Below, piece by piece: positions 10,828 to 19,671 of a stretch of DNA of 40,819 bases. The position numbers were made by a program, and so were the translations under genes. The notes beneath the pieces were generated by a model. It had not been told where the DNA came from. It searched no databases and was given only the letters and a program-made list of their open reading frames with translations. This DNA is from an uncultured delta proteobacterium (GTDB taxonomy: Bacteria; Desulfobacterota; Syntrophia; Syntrophales; UBA2185): assembly GCA_963729715.1 (NCBI GenBank), contig CAVSPA010000002.1, positions 1-40,819 on the forward strand, read 5' to 3'. The number at the start of each line of letters is the position of its first letter. Position 1 is the stretch's first letter.

Positions 10828-10990
10828 AAACTGCCATCTTTGATTTTCATTGTAGATTTCACATGGGAATCGTGATATCAAAACTCTCACATCAATGACA
10901 TTGTGTAAAAGTTTCGGAACCGTTTAGCTTCGTCTGGAGGTAATATCAGATGATTATTGAAACCCCGTTTCTCAAAAGAGGCGGGGTTTT
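10828..10990 (+). promoter_or_regulatory. Repeated promoter-leader-terminator unit, copy 3
   Basis: TTGTAG-N18-GATATC ... TGATTATTG then AAACCCCGTTTCTC-AAAA-GAGGCGGGGTTTT hairpin plus T-run, 30 bp before the next start. Confidence 0.65.
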
Positions 10991-11019
10991 GTGTTTCATG
11001 TAAAGGAGGAGGTTATGCC

Positions 11020-11832
11020 ATGATTCGCAAAAGCATTATTTTTGTTTTAATCTTCATAGGCGTCACCGTAGGATCAGCATCTGCCGTTTGCCCCGTGCCG
11101 CAGATCACCATAGCTAGCAAACATATTTATTTTACCGGGGACCAGATCTATCTTCAGGTTAGTCATGCGCAAGGGGTCATGATCGACTTCAAATTTGATT
11201 ACAAGAACATCAATACCGATTTGTTCAGTCCCGATAAACCTTACCAGACGGACTACGCCACGAAGGTGGCTAATCTTTCCGTGGCGGACACGACGACGCA
11301 AGGTACGGTAACCGAAAACCAGTCCGGGCATTGGAAGGGATACGCCCGGGCCAGGTGTACGCTTGGGCAGCCCAACAAGATGACACCGCCGCCGACCGCT
11401 ACGAGCGACTGGAGCTCACCTGTTGAGTTTACCGTCCTTGACAAGGGCAGCAACGGTATTTTCGCGACGGTAAGAACAGACACTCCGAGTTATTCCGGGT
11501 CCTGTCCGAAGACCGTTGTAGCCTATGCCAAGATACAGGCCTTTCTCCCGGGCACGACGGTGAACTATTCGTGGCTTCTGTCTGACGGTCAGACCGCCCC
11601 GGGGGGCAAGCTGACATTTAGTACCCCGGTCATCCAGGACACCGGTGCGATCGGTTTTGTGGTGGGTGGGCAGAGCGCCGGTCAATACAAAGATCCACCG
11701 CATTCGGGCCCGATATACCTTGTTATTAATGGTCAAAAGGCGGCCTTTACCATGCCGGCGGCATCGTATCAGGTAAACTGCACCCTGAGCCCCGTAATAA
11801 AGGCACCGATTACAAATAAGAAATTTCCCTAG
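11020..11832 (+). CDS. Secreted hypothetical protein, beta-rich with Cys pairs
   Basis: GGAGGAGG RBS, ATG at 11020, signal peptide ending ASA; YSGSCP...VNC segment. Confidence 0.8.
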   Translation: MIRKSIIFVLIFIGVTVGSASAVCPVPQITIASKHIYFTGDQIYLQVSHAQGVMIDFKFDYKNINTDLFSPDKPYQTDYATKVANLSVADTTTQGTVTENQSGHWKGYARARCTLGQPNKMTPPPTATSDWSSPVEFTVLDKGSNGIFATVRTDTPSYSGSCPKTVVAYAKIQAFLPGTTVNYSWLLSDGQTAPGGKLTFSTPVIQDTGAIGFVVGGQSAGQYKDPPHSGPIYLVINGQKAAFTMPAASYQVNCTLSPVIKAPITNKKFP

Positions 11833-11975
11833 GTGCTACAGTTTTTAAAGGTTTTGCCATGAGGTATCGTGAGAAACCGGTCTATTTGACATATGGTACA
11901 AGTTCCAGAATCGGTTCGATATGGATAGTACAGTCCGTGACCATTGAAGATAAAATATGAAAGAGAGGTGCCATC

Positions 11976-13346
11976 ATGACAGAAAGAGGAAAAGACATTA
12001 GGCATGCGTTTATGCCAGTGCTTGTGGTTTGCCTCCTCTTACTGACATGCACGGCGTATGCAGCCCCGGCTGCTGCCCAGAAGAGTACCCCGCAGGTGCA
12101 AGCCGCACCAAGTGCGGCATCAAGCCTGTTAAATCCCAACGCTCCGCCCAAGGGCACAATAACCATAAGCGCCTCCAGCAAAGCCAATGTCAACGCATCA
12201 ACTTGGTATACCGGCAGCTACCAGTATATACAATGGACGTGCAACGGCACCCGCTCCAATCTCGTGGACGTTACACTCTGGCAGAACAACAGCAAAGCTG
12301 TCGTTATTGGCACTGCAATAGCCACAGGGCAAACCGCCTATACCGTTCCTTGGGACACGCGTGCCGGGCAGTATGAGCTTCGAGTGACCAGCGAAGACGA
12401 TTCCCGCATAGAAGCTAGGCAGGCTGTTAATATTGTTCCCACAACCTTAACCGTAACAACGCCAAAGAAAGACGACTCTTGGTATGCAGGCGGGACATAC
12501 CAGATTGCATGGCAGATTCAGGGCACCCAGACAAGCGTCAACCTTTCCTTATGGCAGTTGTCTGCCGACAAGACTATTAACATCGGTACAGGGATTACGG
12601 GCGGAAACATGCAGTATACGGTGCCCCTGACCCTCCCCCCGGATCAATACTTTCTGTACGTCAACGGCAAGGATGCGCCCGGCCTGATGGGCGCGCAACA
12701 TCTGTTTATTACTGCAGCCACCGTGACCATTATTCAGCCACAGGCTAACTCATCGTGGGCACCAGGACAGACATACCCGATTGCGTGGCAGTTTATGGGC
12801 AATCCAGGGCCGCTGAAAATTGAATTCTTTAACGCATCCGGTTCGTTTATTATTGCAGACAACGTTCCGCCGGGTACAGGTGGCGCCGGATTTTACAACT
12901 GGAAAGTTATCAGTTTGCAAAATGGTTCATACCAAGTAAGAATAACAGGCCAGTCATCAGGTGCCCCGTCAAGCACAAGCCCGCCTGTAAGTATCATTAA
13001 CCCATACATCAAGTATACTTGGGCAATGAACTCGGCTGCACCCTATGCGTATTATGGAACGCCTTTCACTATTCACTGGGAGTCCTTCGCTTGCGGAGAC
13101 AAGGTTAATATTACTATTACTGATAGCACGCCTGATCATAGTAATTTTGCTTATGACACGACTGAGGCTGTGCGAAATAAGGTGTATCTCCAAGCGACGC
13201 AATATTCATTAAGCGGAGGCAGCGGCCAATACGTGTGGATACCGCCAGCACCTCCCGACCCGAATACCGGGAATAGATGGTATAACATTCAACTGTATTC
13301 TTCCGGTGGGTGTCAAGGCAGCACCGAGGTTTTTGAATACAAATAG
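11976..13346 (+). CDS. Secreted protein with 3-4 tandem Ig-like (Ser/Thr-rich, Kre9-like) repeats
   Basis: Signal peptide; repeated W-x-x-G-x-x-Y-x-I-x-W...G-x-Y-x-L/V-R-V/I units. Confidence 0.8.
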   Translation: MTERGKDIRHAFMPVLVVCLLLLTCTAYAAPAAAQKSTPQVQAAPSAASSLLNPNAPPKGTITISASSKANVNASTWYTGSYQYIQWTCNGTRSNLVDVTLWQNNSKAVVIGTAIATGQTAYTVPWDTRAGQYELRVTSEDDSRIEARQAVNIVPTTLTVTTPKKDDSWYAGGTYQIAWQIQGTQTSVNLSLWQLSADKTINIGTGITGGNMQYTVPLTLPPDQYFLYVNGKDAPGLMGAQHLFITAATVTIIQPQANSSWAPGQTYPIAWQFMGNPGPLKIEFFNASGSFIIADNVPPGTGGAGFYNWKVISLQNGSYQVRITGQSSGAPSSTSPPVSIINPYIKYTWAMNSAAPYAYYGTPFTIHWESFACGDKVNITITDSTPDHSNFAYDTTEAVRNKVYLQATQYSLSGGSGQYVWIPPAPPDPNTGNRWYNIQLYSSGGCQGSTEVFEYK

Positions 13347-13551
13347 GCGCGAGAGCCGGGAATCGTCAAGAAACTGTCTTCATTTTCTGGTGAGCTTATT
13401 TCTTGACTCATCATGCTGAATTTCTATCAGTAATCCACACCTTTATTGCTGAACATCAACACTCTCTTTGTAGGTGAACGAAACAGGCGATTGACTGCCA
13501 CGAATAATTCCTCTAAAAGGCGAGAAATCACTGTCAAGAAGGGGGGGCGGT

Positions 13552-14352
13552 ATGAGATGCATCACCGCATTATTTATAATCGTGCTCGTTATTGTCGTTT
13601 CCTCAATGCCGATGGCGGCGGAAAAGGAATTTACTAACTCAATCGGTATGAAATTTGTCCTCATCCCGGCCGGGACGTTTAACATGGGTTCGCCTTCCAA
13701 TGAGCTGGGACGGTGGAGTGATGAGACGTCGCACCAGGTGACAATCAGCAGGCCTTTTCACATGCAGACAACAGTGGTGACCCAGGGACAGTGGAAGGCT
13801 GTCATGGGGAGCAATCCGTCGCATTTCACCAATTGCGGCGACGACTGCCCCGTGGAGCAGGTTTCCTGGTACGATGTCCAGGAATTTATCCGGAAACTCA
13901 ACCGGCAGGAAGGGACGGACAAGTACAGGCTTCCCACGGAGGCGGAGTGGGAATATGCGGCGCGGGCGGGGACGACAACACCCTTTAATACAGGAAACTG
14001 CCTTTCAACGGAACAAGCGAACTATAATGGGAATTATCCTTTATCAGGATGTCCCAAAGGAGAGAATAGACGAAAGACCGTTCGAGTCGGGAGCTTTTCT
14101 CCCAATGCCTGGGGTCTCTATGACATGCACGGCAACGTCTGGCAATGGTGTCAGGACTGGTCCGGGGATTACCCTTCCGGCAGCATGACTGATCCCACGG
14201 GGCCATCATCAGGCCGTTACCGGGTTTATCGCGGCGGCGGCTGGGACAGCGGCGGCGCGAAAGGCTGCCGCTCAGCGCGTCGCGGCTTCTTCCGCGTCAC
14301 CCCAGACCGCGGGTGCCCCGCCGTGGGATTCCGCCTCGCGAGTACGGGTTGA
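13552..14352 (+). CDS. Formylglycine-generating enzyme (CLec-fold) domain protein, probable DGR target type
   Basis: FNMGS, PVEQVSW, RLPTEAEWEYAARAG, NAWGLYDMHGNVWQWCQD, RGGGW...GFRLA. Confidence 0.92.
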   Translation: MRCITALFIIVLVIVVSSMPMAAEKEFTNSIGMKFVLIPAGTFNMGSPSNELGRWSDETSHQVTISRPFHMQTTVVTQGQWKAVMGSNPSHFTNCGDDCPVEQVSWYDVQEFIRKLNRQEGTDKYRLPTEAEWEYAARAGTTTPFNTGNCLSTEQANYNGNYPLSGCPKGENRRKTVRVGSFSPNAWGLYDMHGNVWQWCQDWSGDYPSGSMTDPTGPSSGRYRVYRGGGWDSGGAKGCRSARRGFFRVTPDRGCPAVGFRLASTG

Positions 14353-14560
14353 AGGCAGATCATGCCGCGTTTACGGATACGGCAACCGTCCTTCCATACT
14401 GTCCAGACGCATGTCCTACTCCGGCGATGAGCCGGACGAATAGAGCCATAACCACATCAAAGAATTCTTTCCGTAATCATTAAAAAAGAAAGATGCCTCA
14501 GAGCAAGAACTCGTAGGTGTTAACAAGTGTTACAAGAATTCTTTCACGAATACCGATTAT

Positions 14561-14588
14561 ATTTAAGATAATGGTAATACTCTTAAAA
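14561..14588 (+). repeat. dif-like 11-6-11 site, copy 2
   Basis: ATTTAAGATAA TGGTAA TACTCTTAAAA; 14509-14572 is nearly identical to 28478-28541. Confidence 0.75.
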
Positions 14589-14618
14589 ATACCACTTTTT
14601 TGCCATAGTCATTGATAA

Positions 14619-14939
14619 TCCGATTATGTATTCCTCAATCAGTATGGAATACCTGTTGACCCCTCACCAACTAACTATTACGTGTGGAAACCGGCTCTAA
14701 AAAAATCTGGATTGAAACCACGATCAATGTATCAGACGCGTCATACCTTCGCGACTCTGATGTTAGACGCAGGGGAACATCCAGGATGGGTGCAAAAGAT
14801 GATGGGTCATGAGACCATGCAAATGATCTACGAGCGCTATTACAGTTACATTCGCAACTATGAGAGGGATGAAGGTACGGCGTTCATGGAGAAGGTCTAT
14901 AATCCATCGGGTAATATCATTCAGGAAAGTGTAGTCTAA
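14619..14939 (+). pseudogene. 5'-truncated phage/island tyrosine integrase
   Basis: Frame extends upstream of the listed ORF (SDYVFLNQYGIPVD...WKPAL); RHTFAT, MMGH and catalytic-Tyr region present; N-terminal part absent. Confidence 0.88.
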
Positions 14940-15047
14940 AAAGTGGTCACTGGAAAAATTTTACACTACTTTTACACCAAATAAGAAATGGGGATTTAGA
15001 CCTGATCTCTAACTCCCCATTATCACTGAGAAAATTGACTTTGATTT

Positions 15048-15070
15048 TGGTGCCGAGGCCGGGACTTGAA
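15048..15070 (-). other. att site: displaced tRNA 3' end (Leu- or Phe-like)
   Basis: Minus strand TTCAAGTCCCGGCCTCGGCACCA (T-loop to CCA) with no 5' tRNA half. Tandem arm-like repeats TTTTACAC (14959, 14970) and GTACCCCA (15202, 15213) on either side. Confidence 0.85.
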
Positions 15071-15414
15071 GCAAAAAAGCACACTTTTTAAATAATGTAG
15101 ATATATTAGCTTTTCCCTTTAGTATCAACACATTACAATACATTCTCAAGACGTTCGATACGTAAAATATAGTCAATATTTGCACCAAATACCAAAAAAA
15201 AGTACCCCAATTGTACCCCAGTTTATCGACAGGGTAAAATAGATGAAATCCTGCCAGAGTGGAAGAAATGCACCTATCGGCAAGTTTGTCCAGCGAAGGC
15301 TAGGATTAGCTCATTATGCCTTCGGCACTGAGCAGATGAATGTCGTAGTGGTTCCCTGATGCCGTCTGTCAAAAGTGACGCAGATTTCTATACTGCTCGT
15401 TCTCGTAACGACTG

Positions 15415-16383
15415 TTAACGATTGCCTTTGTATGCCCTCACATTTAAGACCTTCCATTCGAGAAGCGGATGAAGCCTGATGCGATCCTGCAAATCCTTGT
15501 CAGCCGTCAACAACTCTGGAGCTATTTCTCCCTTATCCAGGATGAGATTGAGAAATTCCATCTCAAGTGACGTGAATGGGAGTAAATTTCTTAACCCATT
15601 ACGACAGTCGTCGACGAGATCGTTGACAAAAAGGGACAGCTGCGTTGCTTCTATCTCTGTTGACCGCAATGTGGGAAGCAGCTTTTGTTCGAAGTCTTTT
15701 ACGTCTAGAGCCACTTCCTCAATGGTAACGGTCCTCCAGTCCCTGCGGTTCATGGCGCCATATACCACAAAGGCCATCCGCAATTTTTCCCGATCAAGAC
15801 CGCCGAAGCGGAATATCCGGGAGCAATCGAACAGATCCCTCGCCTGACGTCGCGACAGAAGGGCGGCAAGCTTACCAGCAGCCAATTCGTGAAGATCCGC
15901 TACTTGAATACCGTTTACTTGCCAAACTCCGACCGGTCGTGAATCCATGGTCTTTGCAGGCCATAAAAGAATTCGGAACATGAAGTTGACATCAACCTCC
16001 AGGTTTCCACCCTGGCCACTCGCACTCGAATAACGAAGTCGCCACTTGCCGCCAGCATGTTCAGTCGGTATGCCTTTAGCCGTAAATCCCTCTCGGGCAA
16101 AGACAGCCTGCAACGCCCGTTCAATTCCGGGTCTCTCTGCGATCATGGCTTCCCGTTTTACCGCACCTACGTAATTTAAGTCGATGTCGATTGAGAGGCG
16201 GGGAATATCGAAGATAAAAAGATTCAAGGCTGTCCCGCCTTTAAGAACCAGTTTTCCCTTCAGGAAGGGATGGCTGCGAATGGCGTCCAACAGTTGTAGA
16301 AGGAGTCCCACCTTTTCGAGCATATCTGGTCGGAAACCGGTGGCTTCCGACTGAGCAGCGAGCGTTTCGCGAGATATTTTCAT
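15415..16383 (-). CDS. abiEii: AbiEii/AbiGii nucleotidyltransferase toxin (type IV TA)
   Basis: LKGGTALN, RLSIDID, GKLAALLSR..ARDLFD; ATGA overlap with the antitoxin. Confidence 0.92.
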   Translation of the reverse strand: MKISRETLAAQSEATGFRPDMLEKVGLLLQLLDAIRSHPFLKGKLVLKGGTALNLFIFDIPRLSIDIDLNYVGAVKREAMIAERPGIERALQAVFAREGFTAKGIPTEHAGGKWRLRYSSASGQGGNLEVDVNFMFRILLWPAKTMDSRPVGVWQVNGIQVADLHELAAGKLAALLSRRQARDLFDCSRIFRFGGLDREKLRMAFVVYGAMNRRDWRTVTIEEVALDVKDFEQKLLPTLRSTEIEATQLSLFVNDLVDDCRNGLRNLLPFTSLEMEFLNLILDKGEIAPELLTADKDLQDRIRLHPLLEWKVLNVRAYKGNR

Positions 16384-17186
16384 ATTTCTTCCCCCCACGA
16401 CCTGCTAAAGATTTCTTCAGGAACGACAAGATTCCACGTCGCCACAAAGCGCCCCGGCTTCCGTCTGCTGCGTTCGAGGTAATGCGGACGAAGGGGGCGA
16501 AGATCGCGGAGGGCCTTCATGTGTGCATCCTCAACCATCAAGGTTTCCCGATGCTGCTCCAGGTAGAATCCGACCTTTGCGGCCGTGGTGGCGTTTCCGA
16601 GGAGAGAAACGTATCCGACTACTTTATCGAGATCGAAAAATTCCACGGTCTCAAGGGAACGCCATATTTCCTCCCAGCTTCCCGTCAAATCCGGACGATG
16701 AAGGACATCTACGAAGGTCCTCTCCAGACCGGTGGCACGGACTCCAAGACCAGCGCGGTCGATCATGATCACATTGAATGCTTCCTCACCTTTTCGACTT
16801 AGGTTCTTCGGAAAGCCCACGCCTTTGAATCCACAGGAGCGAAAAGTCACGGGGCGCGAGGAGTGACCTGTAAGATATGTGAAGCGCTCATACACAGAAT
16901 AGGCCTTGCCATGAACCTCCAAGGCCGTATGGTAAGCCAGAATTGCGTCTTTTGTCATTCTGGAAGCGAGAAGATAAGGATCAAAGGCAAAGTTATCTGG
17001 TGACGCGCCATGCGGGACAACGGCATAGAGCCCTCGATGTACCCTTACTATGCGGCCAGACTTCACGTAATAGGCAAGGAGGGATTCCTGCGCCCTGGGA
17101 CTGCGTGGGCTTTCGGAGGCAAGGAAGTCGTTTAGTTCCTTTCCCGTAAAAACCGGATGCACTTGAAAGAAATTCGCAAGCTTCAT
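16380..17186 (-). CDS. abiEi: AbiEi-type antitoxin/transcriptional regulator
   Basis: N-terminal wHTH (RVHRGLY), AYHTALEVHG, LERTFVDVL; directly upstream of abiEii. Confidence 0.9.
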   Translation of the reverse strand: MKLANFFQVHPVFTGKELNDFLASESPRSPRAQESLLAYYVKSGRIVRVHRGLYAVVPHGASPDNFAFDPYLLASRMTKDAILAYHTALEVHGKAYSVYERFTYLTGHSSRPVTFRSCGFKGVGFPKNLSRKGEEAFNVIMIDRAGLGVRATGLERTFVDVLHRPDLTGSWEEIWRSLETVEFFDLDKVVGYVSLLGNATTAAKVGFYLEQHRETLMVEDAHMKALRDLRPLRPHYLERSRRKPGRFVATWNLVVPEEIFSRSWGEEI

Positions 17187-17210
17187 AATGTTGTTTTTGA
17201 CGTTGTTCTA

Positions 17211-17239
17211 CATAACCCATAATTATTTTATGTGTTATG
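17211..17239. promoter_or_regulatory. Inverted-repeat operator upstream of abiEi
   Basis: CATAACCCATAA-TTATT-TTATGTGTTATG 25 bp before the start; AbiEi proteins are known to autorepress at promoter IRs. Confidence 0.55.
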
Positions 17240-17373
17240 ATATTGTTTGTCAAGTTATAGTAAGTTTTATAGTAAGTTTTAGTAAGGGTCTTTTTGACAA
17301 CTCATGGCAAAATACATTATTTTTGTATGTATTATGGTCAATTACATCAAGTGCACACCCATCGGGAATAAGT

Positions 17374-17519
17374 GCAAGTCCCGAATGCCCATCTCGCACC
17401 GAGTTCAGCATGTGTGAAATTCCGGCCAGCAACCAGCCGAGCATTAAGTCTTTCTCGATAATGTTGGGAGCAAGACCAAACTCTCGCGTGAGATCCATTA
17501 TTTCCTGACGGTTTATCAA
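17374..17519 (-). pseudogene. Frameshifted, truncated AbiEii toxin
   Basis: MINRQEI...IIEKDLMLGWLLAGIS, then in a shifted frame HAELGARWAFGTC (KG of KGGT missing); remainder absent. Confidence 0.8.
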
Positions 17520-18326
17520 TCACTTCTCCTTGGCCCAGCTCTCCGGCACCCAGAGCCTCCAGCGAGTAATCAGCTTATCAGTCTGCAGTGCGGGGTCAAG
17601 CTTAACATTTCCTTTGGTGAGTCGAGTTTTGCATTCATTAAGAGCCGCTTCCTGCTCAGGTGTATAGCGTTCCAACAGAAACCCAAGACGTTTAAAAATA
17701 GCGCCATTGCCCAAGCGTTTCGCATAATCGATCAGAAGCTGAATATTCTTGTTCTCGGATTTCAGGTAATTCAAGAGCACGTCTACCGTCGGACGTATAC
17801 CGCCACCGAGCTTTGGATCTGTCAGCATATCTATGATAGTCTTGGAAGGATCAGACACAGAGACTTTTACCTGACTTCTCCACACCGGCTTCATCCCGAA
17901 AAAAGCTTTTTCAGATATAGTACGGAGCATGAAGCTCGTTCCTCTTATGACAGGTGCGCGCTTTCTGGGTTTCTGAGTTGTGAGAACAACGACGGTGCGG
18001 AAGACTTGCTCAGTAAGGTCCCAATATTCCGCAGCGCTCCATCCGCCAATATAACAGGGCGAGTATAGCCGATCGGCAATAATCCATGGGTCTTCCAGCG
18101 GAATATCAAGCGTGCGCGATTCCAGAGGCACCCGCACATATAGCCCCCGGCGGACACGAGCAAGCCATCCATTCTTTGCCCAGCGGGAAAGCATCTTCGC
18201 TGTATTGGTGGAAGAAACTTTCAAAATGTCGGCTGCGTCGTCTACGGAGATGGTGCCTTTCGTTTCTCGGAAAAGCGCCGAAAGTCGCTCTCTATCTGCC
18301 TTTCCTATGCCTGCTAAAGTTTCCAT
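17520..18326 (-). CDS. Second AbiEi-type antitoxin
   Basis: RVRRGLY, YIGGWSAAEYWDLTEQ, SDPSKTIIDML, KRLGFLLE. Confidence 0.9.
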   Translation of the reverse strand: METLAGIGKADRERLSALFRETKGTISVDDAADILKVSSTNTAKMLSRWAKNGWLARVRRGLYVRVPLESRTLDIPLEDPWIIADRLYSPCYIGGWSAAEYWDLTEQVFRTVVVLTTQKPRKRAPVIRGTSFMLRTISEKAFFGMKPVWRSQVKVSVSDPSKTIIDMLTDPKLGGGIRPTVDVLLNYLKSENKNIQLLIDYAKRLGNGAIFKRLGFLLERYTPEQEAALNECKTRLTKGNVKLDPALQTDKLITRWRLWVPESWAKEK

Positions 18327-18628
18327 AATATAATAGAAGCGTTGTTATTCATTTATTAGATGAAATATAGCATACTTATTATACTAGTTAAAGCATAGTT
18401 TAAACGCAGAAGTTCAATTAATATGCGAATTATTGCTCATAAAATGTACTTTTTCAGAATTTGTCTATTCCATCAGCATAAATCGGATTAATTTACACTC
18501 AGTCATGTGCGTCGATCTGACAACAGTTCTCAATTTAGACGTCTAAATGTCAAGTATAAGTACATTAACAAAAGACATAGAACATGTTTAAGCCTGGCGT
18601 TCATAAGGCGGATGAGCACTTTTCCTGA

Positions 18629-19099
18629 TCAATCTTCCTCGCGATGGGCTGAAAGGCGTATGTAGAATATCTTTCCCCTCCGCCGCTTGAGCTTTGTTCC
18701 AAATACTGAAACGTAATTTATTTTTCCCGAGGCAACAGATATCGCGACGTGTCCAAATGACCGGGAAGGAATCCAGCAATTCATTATCAGGGTATCGTCA
18801 CTTCTGGGAATCTCCATCCATCCAACAGCCAATGGAGGATTATCAGGATCCTCGTGTTTCCAGTGGTCATCCAATTCTGGCTTTTCCGTTATGTTGATTT
18901 TTACCCGTGTAGCTTTTTCCAATGCAGGTGAAACAATCTTGCCCAGGAGAATCAGTTCCGAAATTTCCCAATAGTCTCCCTGAATAATGTCCTTGTTAAC
19001 GTCATTTATTCCAAAACGATAATATACCTCCCAATCCTCCACGGCGATTTCATAACGTTCATTTTCGATCTGTTTGCTTTTCTTCGGGGTAGACGACAT
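18629..19099 (-). CDS. Hypothetical protein
   Basis: 156-aa ORF of ordinary globular composition; no family recognised. Confidence 0.65.
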   Translation of the reverse strand: MSSTPKKSKQIENERYEIAVEDWEVYYRFGINDVNKDIIQGDYWEISELILLGKIVSPALEKATRVKINITEKPELDDHWKHEDPDNPPLAVGWMEIPRSDDTLIMNCWIPSRSFGHVAISVASGKINYVSVFGTKLKRRRGKIFYIRLSAHREED

Positions 19100-19425
19100 G
19101 ACCTGATCGATTTATCAAATCATAACTATCGCATAGCATCCAGGACATTTAGGATCGGTATCATATAACGGCTATGCCCTGAAAGCAACAGGCTTCAGGA
19201 GCGCAATTTTAGCACATTCCGTTTGCCTAAATGGAATAGTGCGGAAATCTATCATGGTTCCCAGAGGCACGGAATGCAAAACACATATTCATTAATGACG
19301 TAATATTTTAAGCGCAAAATGTGTCCTCCGGGGACGCGATATGCGCCCAAAATATAATTCATAACGATCATTCACTTCGATGAGATCTTGATGGCCGCTA
19401 CGCCTAGTATGGCAGCAAATGAAAT

Positions 19426-19453
19426 TTTTAAGATAATACTGATAATCTTAAAA
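19426..19453 (+). repeat. dif-like 11-6-11 site, copy 3
   Basis: TTTTAAGATAA TACTGA TAATCTTAAAA; downstream GTGTTTCGTTCAATG...AACTTCC block shared with copy 4. Confidence 0.75.
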
Positions 19454-19671
19454 ATATTTTCTTAAAAAGATGACTTTTGACAGTGTTTCGTTCAATGTCT
19501 TCCTTAAGCATAACTTCCTCTCTAAGAAATAATAGACATATTAAAAGGATTTATGTAGATTTCATATCGAAATGAACACGGCAAAAGAACACGCAATTAA
19601 TATGGGAAGTGTCCCTCAATTCTCCAAATTATATCCCGTTAGCCACCTCCAAGGGAGAAGTCTGTTGAGCC

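Noticed and set aside
13552..14939. Complete DGR
   Set aside because: No reverse transcriptase, avd or template repeat found in the window.
14619..14939. Integron integrase for the attC cluster
   Set aside because: The fragment looks like a tRNA-targeting phage-type integrase beside an att site and is 9 kb from the cassettes.
15048..15070. Full tRNA gene
   Set aside because: Only the T-loop to CCA is present; the adjoining sequence cannot form the D or anticodon arms.
17250..17519. 89-aa ORF as a functional toxin
   Set aside because: In-frame similarity stops after about 35 residues; the rest runs through the abiEi promoter region.
19131..19365. Short hairpins and imperfect GTCC..GGAC repeats, REP-like
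   Set aside because: Too degenerate, with no associated transposase; cannot be distinguished from chance by eye.
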